From Verrucomicrobiota bacterium (lineage in GTDB: Bacteria > Verrucomicrobiota > Verrucomicrobiia > Limisphaerales > UBA11358): a stretch of DNA of 64,000 nucleotides. Made by a program: the position numbers and the translations under genes. Positions 16,289 through 24,357 of this stretch are shown here, piece after piece. Numbering within the stretch: the first letter of the stretch is position 1; every line of letters starts with the position of its first letter. Below the pieces are notes generated by a model. It saw only the letters and a program-made list of their open reading frames with translations, was not told the DNA's origin and ran no database searches. The stretch is taken from the NCBI GenBank assembly GCA_036803685.1, contig DAIRTX010000011.1, positions 303 to 64,302 of the forward strand, read 5' to 3'.

Positions 16289-18439
16289 TCATTGGCGCAG
16301 GAGCAGGATGCGATAATAACCCGCCGCACCGCCCCCAACAAAAATCGAATCACCAGTGCCCGCCGCGAAACGCGGCGATCCCAGATTGCTCCACGAGGTG
16401 AAATTCGTCGTCATCTGCACCTGATAGGTCAGTCCCGGCTGGGTGTTCCAACTGAGGAACAGTCCTTGCGGCGTTTGGCTGAATTGCCGCCCTTGTGGCA
16501 TTTGTGCCGTTTTACTGATTTGCACGCGCAACACGCTGGCCGAATTCGTCGGATTCGTGCCCGCCAGAAATTCCTGGTAATTGTTCATGCCGTCACCGTC
16601 ACTGTCGGCGGTGGTTGAAGGCCACGATGATTGAGGGCCAAAATACATCGTCATCCATTCAACGGGAATGGCATTCGCCGGGGTTCCCCAATAGTAACCG
16701 AGCCAGGTTGGCCCGCTGGCCGAAGGCGAAATCGGCGAGCGCCGTCCGTCCGTCGTCACATAATCCAATTGGAACGAATGGGTGCTGTTGGCTGTCAGGC
16801 CATTCGCTGCCGTCATCGTCCAAGTGGTGTTCGTCGTCAAGGCCATCGGCGTTCCCGCGCCATCCACATAAACTTCGTAAGTGGAAACGGAAATTCCGAG
16901 CAGCGACGGCCACGAAATCTGCAACTGCGGCTGATAAACGCCATTGCTCACCATAAACGGCGCATATATAAACGGAGCGCTCATCGGCTGCAAAATCGCC
17001 GCTACGTTGGCATAACGTTGCGCGAACAAATCGAAGCTGTAGGGACTGCCGGTGTAGCTGGTCCAAATCACAACGAATTGACCGACGCCATCCGACGCCA
17101 CGGCCGGCTGCATTTGCTGGCTGATGGTCGTGGTGTTCACGAGAAATTCGCCGCCCACCCGTGAGCCTCCCTCATGGAGGAACTGTCCAAACACGCCTTC
17201 CCGCGAACCGTCCTGCGCCAAGCTCGTCCAGACGATTAAATAATCCACGCCAATCGCGCTGATCCGCGGCACGTATTCGTCACCATAAAGACGTGAATTC
17301 ACCAGCACGGTCGTGCCACCGATGCCCGCGCTGGAAAATGTCCGGGCATAAACATCCCAACTGTTGGTTGGGTTGGCCATGTCGTACGCTCCCCAAACCA
17401 CCATAAAACTGCCATCCGATGCAACGGCCACACCTGGGTTTGCGCACGGATTGAAATCCGTGTTCACAAGAAATTCATTGTTTTGGGCAACGCCGTTGCT
17501 CGCGTAAAGCCGCGCGTAAATGTCCACGCTCGGAGCGAGCGCGGCCAACTGGCTGGAGCTTTGCAGGGTTGCCGGTGCGCTGCCAACCACTCGTTGCTGT
17601 TCCGACACCCAGGCCACGACAAACCCGCCGTTTTTCAAAGCCGCGATGGCCGGCGTGCGCTGGTTGTAGGAAATAAATTGATTGATCAGAAAGTTGGCGC
17701 CGACTTTCACGCCGGTCGGCGAAAGAATCTGGCCATAAACATCCTGCAAACTGTTTGAGCCGGCTTGATTGAAACTCGCCCAAACGACCACGACGTTGCT
17801 GTTGTTGAGCACGGCAACGGCGGGGTTGATCTGAAAATGCAGGGTGTTTACAGCCGTGTTCGTTGTGACAATCTTGGTTGTCTTTGTGGTGTAACCGGTT
17901 ATTCTCGTGTGGCTGCTATTCCAATTCGTTATGACAGTTGAGGTTACGTTGGTGGTATAACCCAACACGTTTGTGATTAGCTGTGAATTGACGGGCATGT
18001 CGTTAGTCGTAAGCCAGGTATTGGTGGGGGTAAGAAACCGCGCGTAGATCTGCTCTTGACTCGGCTTGCCGCCCTGCCACACGAAAACCGCGCCGCCGTT
18101 TTTCAGCAATGCCACGCGAGGATTCTCCTGATCATTTGTCCCCTGGACATTCACCCGGAAGGAACTGCCCGAACCGGAAAGCGTGCCGTTCAACTGCATC
18201 GCGCTCACGCCCCAGCCGCTGCCATCGGTGATGTTATCCTGCCAGACGGCGAAGCCGCCGCTGGAGTTCAGCGCCGCATCGGGGAAAACCTGATCACCCG
18301 GCAACGAACCAACCATCGCGTAATTCGTTCCGAACGTCGTGTAATAATTGGTCTGGGCAAAAACGGCGGCGGGAATTCCAAGGAACAATCCCCAGCAAAA
18401 ACAAATGGCGGCCCGGCGGACGAACAACGAGAACGACAT
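16289..18439 (-). CDS. Secreted repeat protein (~716 aa): propeller-like repeats, FN3-like, TSP3-like Ca motif, C-terminal FYR-type module
   Basis: ORF track gives 16289..18574. Start moved to ATG 18439 (MSFSLFVRRAAICFCWGLFLGIPAAVFA). About 7 repeats of the pattern F.VN....Q..P.VA...GGFVVVW......D(I/V)YA(R/Q). Also DSDGDGMNNYQEF. Ends ...AAGYYRILLLRQ. Confidence 0.7.
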   Translation of the reverse strand: MSFSLFVRRAAICFCWGLFLGIPAAVFAQTNYYTTFGTNYAMVGSLPGDQVFPDAALNSSGGFAVWQDNITDGSGWGVSAMQLNGTLSGSGSSFRVNVQGTNDQENPRVALLKNGGAVFVWQGGKPSQEQIYARFLTPTNTWLTTNDMPVNSQLITNVLGYTTNVTSTVITNWNSSHTRITGYTTKTTKIVTTNTAVNTLHFQINPAVAVLNNSNVVVVWASFNQAGSNSLQDVYGQILSPTGVKVGANFLINQFISYNQRTPAIAALKNGGFVVAWVSEQQRVVGSAPATLQSSSQLAALAPSVDIYARLYASNGVAQNNEFLVNTDFNPCANPGVAVASDGSFMVVWGAYDMANPTNSWDVYARTFSSAGIGGTTVLVNSRLYGDEYVPRISAIGVDYLIVWTSLAQDGSREGVFGQFLHEGGSRVGGEFLVNTTTISQQMQPAVASDGVGQFVVIWTSYTGSPYSFDLFAQRYANVAAILQPMSAPFIYAPFMVSNGVYQPQLQISWPSLLGISVSTYEVYVDGAGTPMALTTNTTWTMTAANGLTANSTHSFQLDYVTTDGRRSPISPSASGPTWLGYYWGTPANAIPVEWMTMYFGPQSSWPSTTADSDGDGMNNYQEFLAGTNPTNSASVLRVQISKTAQMPQGRQFSQTPQGLFLSWNTQPGLTYQVQMTTNFTSWSNLGSPRFAAGTGDSIFVGGGAAGYYRILLLRQ

Positions 18440-18577
18440 AAAAGATTTACAACAGTGTAAACGCAACCGGGCGTTTTGTCCAAAAATTCTTTTGCCAAAA
18501 CGCGCGCGCCGCCGCTGAAAAAACAGCCGCGCTCCGCGTATGACCGCCAACAAACTTTTGCGTTCCAAATTCATTTT

Positions 18578-19462
18578 CTAAATCAAAACCGCCTGCTGTT
18601 CATGCGCCGATGACTCCAGCGCCGCGAGCATTCCCTTGAAACCCCAGCCCTGATACAACTCGCGCAGCCGGCCGGCATCCGCCGGTTTCTCCACCAGCGC
18701 GCCCGGCAAGAATTCGCACGGCAAATCGTCCCGCAACCGCACCAATTCGCAATTGCGCCGCACCGCGTCCGCCGCGTCGCGCACCGCCGCGCGCAACTTT
18801 TCCGATTTCACTTCACCCAGCCGCCCATACAGCGCGGCGACCGAGCCGAATTGATTCAGCCATTTAGCGGCGGTTTTCGGCCCGACGCCGGCCACCCCCG
18901 GAATATTGTCCACGGCGTCGCCCGTCAAACTCAACCAATCCACAATTTGCGACGGTGCCACGCCGGTTTTGGCGCGCACCTGCCCATCCGTCCAAACCGT
19001 CCCGTTCTTGTCGTTCGGGTTCAACAATCCGACCCGCGCCGACACCAACTGCATAAAATCCTTGTCGGCACTGGCGATGACCACGGTCATGCCCGCATTC
19101 GACGCGCGCCGCGCCAGGCACGCGATGTAATCGTCCGCTTCCACGCCTTCGCGGCAAAACGAGGCGACCCCCGCCGCTTTCAGATAACTGACGATTCCGT
19201 CCAGCTGCGGCTTCAAATCCTCCGGCATTCCCGGACGCTGCGCCTTGTATTCCGGCAACCGGGCGGTGCGTTCGGCGCTCAGGCCGCCGTCCCACACCAC
19301 CATCAAATGCGACGGCCCAATGGCCGCCCGCATTTTTGCCAGCATTTTGACGAAGCCATAAATGGCGTTCGTTGGCTGGCCGTCGGGCGAACGCAAATCG
19401 CGAATCGCGTGAAACGCGCGATAAGCGTAAGCGTGTCCATCAATAATCAGCAACCGATCCAC
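18578..19462 (-). CDS. 5'-3' exonuclease (FEN / Pol I N-terminal domain-like)
   Basis: 294 aa. Motifs LLIIDGHAYAYRAFHA, VVWDGG, EADDYIA, SADKDFMQLV and the H3TH motif GDAVDNIPGVAGVGPKTAAKWL. Confidence 0.85.
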   Translation of the reverse strand: MDRLLIIDGHAYAYRAFHAIRDLRSPDGQPTNAIYGFVKMLAKMRAAIGPSHLMVVWDGGLSAERTARLPEYKAQRPGMPEDLKPQLDGIVSYLKAAGVASFCREGVEADDYIACLARRASNAGMTVVIASADKDFMQLVSARVGLLNPNDKNGTVWTDGQVRAKTGVAPSQIVDWLSLTGDAVDNIPGVAGVGPKTAAKWLNQFGSVAALYGRLGEVKSEKLRAAVRDAADAVRRNCELVRLRDDLPCEFLPGALVEKPADAGRLRELYQGWGFKGMLAALESSAHEQQAVLI

Positions 19463-19578
19463 AAATTCACCGGGTGCGAGCGCCTGGGTTCCAGTATTTC
19501 AAACGGGTTCGTGGTTTTCACAATTTTGTTTCAACCGGAAATTCCACGAACGACGTGGTTCCGCGTTTGACCGCTTTT

Positions 19579-20232
19579 TCACCGCGCCGGCGCGGGTGCC
19601 GTTCCGGCGTTCCCCAGCCGCACCTCCACTCCCGGTGGTTGCGGTGGAATGGTGCTTTGTAAAAACGGCAGTTCATCGTCCGAATGCACCCGGTTGCCAG
19701 CCGGATCAACAATGGTGGCGGTCACAAAAATCATCAGGTTTTTTTTCACGGAAGTTTTTGTCTGGCTTTGAAAGAGCCGCCCCACCAGCGGCAGGTCACC
19801 GAGCATCGGGATCTTGTCCTTTGTGCTCTGGACTGAAGAAGAAATCAGTCCGCCGAGGACAACGGTCTGGTTATCCCAGATGTTGACGGTGCTGACGACC
19901 TGGCGCACGGTAAAGCGCGGCAGAATGGTGGGAATCATCACGACGTTGGCGACGTTGACGCCGGGAATCGTCGGGGACGGGTCATAGCCGGAGAATTGGG
20001 TCAGCGACGGGATCAAGGTGAGGTTGATGGTATAACCGTCGGACAAAACGACCGGTATCACGTCCAGCACCGGGCCGATTTCCACCTGTTGCTGATTGGG
20101 GGTGATGGCGGATGTTTGCACGGCTTGTTGAACCACTTGGGCCTGCCCTGGAGGGATAACGCCCAACAGCGCAATGGCCACGCACAAAACAAAACCTTTC
20201 ACAACTATTTTTGATTTTCGACTGGTCTTCAT
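19579..20232 (-). CDS. Secretin, C-terminal part of the secretin beta-barrel domain, with its own signal peptide
   Basis: 217 aa. N-terminus MKTSRKSKIVVKGFVLCVAIALLGVIPPGQAQ, then GPVLDVIPVVLSDGYTINLTLIPSL...NIWDNQTVVLGGLISSS...KIPMLGDLPLVGRLF...LMIFVTATIV, the classic GspD/PilQ C-terminal motifs. Confidence 0.8.
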   Translation of the reverse strand: MKTSRKSKIVVKGFVLCVAIALLGVIPPGQAQVVQQAVQTSAITPNQQQVEIGPVLDVIPVVLSDGYTINLTLIPSLTQFSGYDPSPTIPGVNVANVVMIPTILPRFTVRQVVSTVNIWDNQTVVLGGLISSSVQSTKDKIPMLGDLPLVGRLFQSQTKTSVKKNLMIFVTATIVDPAGNRVHSDDELPFLQSTIPPQPPGVEVRLGNAGTAPAPAR

Positions 20233-20256
20233 GGTGCTGGTTGGTATCTGAAGTTA

Positions 20257-22449
20257 TTACTGAGTGGTCGTACCGCCCGTGGTGATCGTTCCACCTGCGT
20301 TGCCTTGCTGGAAGTTAAAGCTCGAGATGATGGTTATGATTTCCGTCGCGCGCATCTGGGTTTGACGACCGCTGATCGTGGTCACTTCCGGTTCGGCAAG
20401 AGTCTCAGTCCCGGTGCGCTGCTCCAAGGCGTGAATCACGACCCGGAAATTGGGATCGGTCAAAATACCCGTAACGGTGCCAAGGGTCGGAATGGCCGAG
20501 TTGGCATTTACCAGATTGCCGATCACCTGATCCGACGCTTGACCCGGAAGGAGGCTGGCCGCCGTGTTGCCGGGAAACGCGCCCAAGGGATTGGCCGCCG
20601 AAACCGGCACATTGAGCGATGGCGAACTGCCGCCACTCCCAACAATGGATTTTCCCATATTGAATTGTCCCAAATACCAGTCAAAGCCCAATGCCTTGTT
20701 GTCATTCTGCCCGACTTCGATGAATCGGGCTTTGATATGCACCTGCGGCGGCGTCATGTTCAACACCTGAATGGCTTTTTCGACGGTGTCCAAATCCTGC
20801 GATGTCGCGTGGACGAACAACACACCCAACCGGTCATTAAAGAAAACGCTCTTCGGTGGATCCAGATTCAGACCCAGCGTCGTGAAGAAACCTTTGGCTG
20901 CAAGGCTGACGTTCACTGTTGCATTAGTTGTTGTCACATACGACAATCCACCGCCACCCTGACCGCCACCCTGACCGCCACCGCCACCGCCACCGCCGCC
21001 GCCGCCGCCCTGGCCGCTGCTGCCCGAGGAACGAGCTGATGAGGCTCCCGGGAATGCATTGACGATTGCTACCGCGGCGCTGCTGGAGTTTCCGCTTTGA
21101 CCGCCACCGCCGCCGCCGCTGCTGCCGCCGCTGCTGCCGCCGCCGCCGCTGCTGCTGGAACTGGAAGAACCAAAACTTTGCGCACCCACGCTTTCCAGGC
21201 CTTGATAGAAGGTGTTGGGATCCACTTTGAATGTGCGCGTTTCCAATGACATCGCCTCCGGACCCCTGGCTGAGAAAACGATGGCGTAATCCTCAACGGA
21301 GTATTTGATGGGATGATCAGCCACCAATACAATGGCATCCAGCACATCCGCCAACCGCACATCGCTTAATGTCAATTTGACATTGATGGAACTGGCATCC
21401 ACGGATTCACCACCAACGGTTGGAGCCGTCACGGGCAATCCTGTGGCTGGGTCAATGGTCATTGTGCCGCCAGCGGGCGTGATGGCCGCGGAGGCTGCCG
21501 CGGCATTTGGATTAAAAAGAAAGTTAATTCCCTTTTTGTCCGGGTCGCGCAACTTGGCTTGTTCGCTCAGATTGCGAAGAACTTCACTCAACGGCAGACC
21601 TTCGGGCCAGGAAACCTTGTCGATCGGGATGTGAATAAGTTTGCTGTAAATGACCTCGCGACCGTCACCGGTGCGGACGAGATTGGTCAAGGCATACGGA
21701 TTGGGCACGGGCAGCAACCCGCGGTTTACCGGCTTCACCCAGGCATTCTCCACCTGTACCATGCGGTCCTGCGTGTCAATCGTGTGCGTGCGCGTTTCAC
21801 GGTCGTAACGGGCCTGCTTGACCAAATTCATGTAGTAGAAGACACCCGCGTTGTCCGGATCGAGCCTGTTGGCCTCTTTCAATTTGACTTCGGCCTCATC
21901 GAACTTGCCCATTTCGTAAAGCAATTTGCCGTCCCGCACCAACGTGCCCGCTTCCGTCTTTTCATTGGCGATATAAGGAATTTGTTGCAGCGTCGCATCG
22001 TCGGGCATTTTGCCGCGCATGGCAGCAAGCGATCGGTCGTTGTTCTTCTTGAAGGCAAGCGCGGCGGCATTTTGCGGGTCCACTTTCAACACGCGGCTGA
22101 CCTGGGTGTCGGCTTCGTGCAAATCGCCCTGACTTTGTGCCTGACGGGCGAGGGTAAGCCGGGTTGAAACAAGGCCGGAAATGGTTTGCGCCTTTTCTTC
22201 GGGGATGCCGGAACCGATTTGCTCGACCAGCGTATGGGCGTCTTCGTAAAGTTTGGCGGCACCGGGCAAATCTCCGCGCGCGGCGGTGTTTTTGGCATCC
22301 AGGAGTTTTTGGCGCAGGATGATGGTATTGGCCTGACGAAGCACGGCTTCATTGACAGCCGCGTCCGTGGGACTGGTTTGCGCCGGTAACATGGCGGCGG
22401 CGGCCAGCAACAAAATAAAACCGAGTGAGAGAGGTGCTGCTTTTGTCAT
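20257..22449 (-). CDS. Secretin, N-terminal part (signal peptide, TPR-like region, Gly/Ser tract, secretin-N-like domains, first strands of the secretin domain)
   Basis: 730 aa. Start MTKAAPLSLGFILLLAAAAMLPAQT. Motifs IKARFIEVGQNDNKALGFDWYLG and VIHALEQRTGTETLAEPEVTTISGRQTQMRATE. Ends in tandem TAA TAA. Confidence 0.8.
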   Translation of the reverse strand: MTKAAPLSLGFILLLAAAAMLPAQTSPTDAAVNEAVLRQANTIILRQKLLDAKNTAARGDLPGAAKLYEDAHTLVEQIGSGIPEEKAQTISGLVSTRLTLARQAQSQGDLHEADTQVSRVLKVDPQNAAALAFKKNNDRSLAAMRGKMPDDATLQQIPYIANEKTEAGTLVRDGKLLYEMGKFDEAEVKLKEANRLDPDNAGVFYYMNLVKQARYDRETRTHTIDTQDRMVQVENAWVKPVNRGLLPVPNPYALTNLVRTGDGREVIYSKLIHIPIDKVSWPEGLPLSEVLRNLSEQAKLRDPDKKGINFLFNPNAAAASAAITPAGGTMTIDPATGLPVTAPTVGGESVDASSINVKLTLSDVRLADVLDAIVLVADHPIKYSVEDYAIVFSARGPEAMSLETRTFKVDPNTFYQGLESVGAQSFGSSSSSSSGGGGSSGGSSGGGGGGQSGNSSSAAVAIVNAFPGASSARSSGSSGQGGGGGGGGGGGGQGGGQGGGGLSYVTTTNATVNVSLAAKGFFTTLGLNLDPPKSVFFNDRLGVLFVHATSQDLDTVEKAIQVLNMTPPQVHIKARFIEVGQNDNKALGFDWYLGQFNMGKSIVGSGGSSPSLNVPVSAANPLGAFPGNTAASLLPGQASDQVIGNLVNANSAIPTLGTVTGILTDPNFRVVIHALEQRTGTETLAEPEVTTISGRQTQMRATEIITIISSFNFQQGNAGGTITTGGTTTQ

Positions 22450-22528
22450 GGTTCGTTCCAGGTTCGTCGTAAATCAAATCAGCGCCATCGGACGCCGGTG
22501 TTATCGCAACCAGGTATCATTCAGAATT

Positions 22529-23335
22529 TCAAGGACTCGGGCTGTATGGCAATGTCGTTTTTTTCTGATTTGATCTGGCCAACAATATCATTGTGTCTGG
22601 GTTGATGGCAACGATTATATTGTCATCGCCGGCAAACTTTAAAATCGCGCCGATGCGCTGCCCCTGCCATTTTTTCCCTTCGAGATCATATTTCAAGTCC
22701 ACAGAGTAACCGTCTGTGCGGCGAAAAGGTTTGTCTTTGGACAGCGTCGCCCTCTCGCCGGTGTCCGTCAGTTGCAAAATCAATTTCACCGGCGCCGGAT
22801 TGTCCGGCACACTGTTGTCCGGCACACTGTTCGTGATAATGGTGAAGGTTTCATTCTTTTCCCCGACCGAAGCATAATGCTGCCGTTTGCCGCGCTGCGC
22901 AGGCAAAACCGCCGCCTGGCGCTCCATGCTGATTACATAGCGCGCGCCAAATTCATTGGTCTCTATCGAATCCAGCGTGAGGATCAAACAAAGCGGCGTG
23001 ATTTTTGTGACGACCGCCGCCGTGGGGCCGGCCTGACTGCCTTTGATCAGCATCCCATCGGCTTTTCTTTGCCATGGCACTGGATTGAACAGTTTGTTCG
23101 TCGTCGAAAAATCCAGTTTGTAAGGCGATTGCAGCCGCGCCGATACATTCGTTTCCCGCGTCAAATCCAGCGCCGGCAGCGGCGCGACCTTCACGTGAAT
23201 GATTCCTTCTTTCATTCGCCGCTGCGTGTCCTGATCACTGATGATCAAGAACGGCAGGAACACCAGCGCGCCCACCAAACCCAGCAACACAACGCTGAGC
23301 AGGATTTTCTCGTAATGTTTTTTGACGAAATCCAT
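22529..23335 (-). CDS. Membrane-anchored hypothetical protein in the PilP / Amuc_1099 position
   Basis: 268 aa with N-terminal TM helix ILLSVVLLGLVGALVFLPFLII. Start is 4 nt after the upstream stop. Contains an in-frame NSVPD NSVPD duplication. No family recognised. Confidence 0.55.
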   Translation of the reverse strand: MDFVKKHYEKILLSVVLLGLVGALVFLPFLIISDQDTQRRMKEGIIHVKVAPLPALDLTRETNVSARLQSPYKLDFSTTNKLFNPVPWQRKADGMLIKGSQAGPTAAVVTKITPLCLILTLDSIETNEFGARYVISMERQAAVLPAQRGKRQHYASVGEKNETFTIITNSVPDNSVPDNPAPVKLILQLTDTGERATLSKDKPFRRTDGYSVDLKYDLEGKKWQGQRIGAILKFAGDDNIIVAINPDTMILLARSNQKKTTLPYSPSP

Positions 23336-23339
23336 GGGC

Positions 23340-24356
23340 TTACTTTTTTGGCAACAATTTCACGACCTCGACCACCAAGGTGACGCGCAACAGTTGCTCG
23401 TTCAACACCGTCTGCAATCCGCCCCTGCCCGGCACTCTCGTCGGCAGGGTTGGCGGCGGGGCTGCCGGCGGGGCTGTCGGCGGGATTGCCGGCCGGGCTC
23501 GCAGCCCGGGTGGCAGATACGGCTGCGCCAGCATCGGCTCCGCCGGCATCGGCTCCGCCAGCATCGGCACCGCCGGCATCAGCGCCGCTGTCTCCGGCGC
23601 CGTCGCCGCAGCGGCGCCGGCCGGTTGAACGTTGATGCTCTTGACGATGAAACCATGAGGCGACGACGCCAAGCCGGCGAGCACTTCACCCACCTCCGGA
23701 CTGAACGAACGGAACGTAATTTGGTAAGGCGTCAGAACGGCCAGATTGTTGGTCACGGAATGATCGTCGAAATAATCGGCCTGCGGGCCGTTTGCGTCGT
23801 CATCCGAAACGCGGACGCGCTGAATCCCGTCCAGCGAATTGACCCGCGCGGCAAAAAGAATTTCTGAAATGGTTTTCACTTCACCAAACTGCGCGGCCAG
23901 TGCTCCCAGACTGCCGGAAAATTTGACCAACGAGCGTTGCGCTTCAAAGGAGAAGTTATACTTGGGCGGCAGGGTCACACTGGCGGCATCGGCTTCATGT
24001 TGCAGCTGGTCAATGGTCCGGCGGAGCGCCGCGGCGAACGCTTCGCTCGAAACGGCATTGTTGCCCGTGTTGGGAATCGGTGCAATCGGCTGAAAATAAC
24101 CCGCCGCCTGTCGAATCCAGTCTCGAATCTGGCGTTCCTGTTCGCGCGCGGCGGCGATGTTGTCCACCTTCTCGTTGCCCGGCGAGGGCTTTTGACCGGT
24201 CAAATTCCGCAACGTGCCATAAATCTCGTTCAACTTGTCAAACGCCGCCGAGTTATGACTCCACCCTTTGTAATTATAAAACCCAGCCGCCCCCAGCAGT
24301 CCCAAGGCCAGTATGCCGCCAATCACAAAAAACAAGTTTCGCTTGATCCAGGCCAT
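23340..24356 (-). CDS. Amuc_1100-family-like pilus-associated protein
   Basis: 338 aa. N-terminal TM (LFFVIGGILALGLLGAAGF), globular middle, Pro/Ala-rich tract, terminal beta segment (LRVTLVVEVVKL). Architecture and gene neighbourhood resemble Amuc_1100 of Akkermansia as I recall it. Confidence 0.55.
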   Translation of the reverse strand: MAWIKRNLFFVIGGILALGLLGAAGFYNYKGWSHNSAAFDKLNEIYGTLRNLTGQKPSPGNEKVDNIAAAREQERQIRDWIRQAAGYFQPIAPIPNTGNNAVSSEAFAAALRRTIDQLQHEADAASVTLPPKYNFSFEAQRSLVKFSGSLGALAAQFGEVKTISEILFAARVNSLDGIQRVRVSDDDANGPQADYFDDHSVTNNLAVLTPYQITFRSFSPEVGEVLAGLASSPHGFIVKSINVQPAGAAAATAPETAALMPAVPMLAEPMPAEPMLAQPYLPPGLRARPAIPPTAPPAAPPPTLPTRVPGRGGLQTVLNEQLLRVTLVVEVVKLLPKK

Positions 24357-24357
24357 A

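Noticed and set aside
20233-20259. Reading the secretin split as a simple nonsense-mutation pseudogene or a stop-codon readthrough site.
   Set aside because: Two consecutive TAA codons are followed by a new basic-plus-hydrophobic leader that would be misplaced inside a barrel. This is kept as a finding instead. Only read data or orthologues can settle it.
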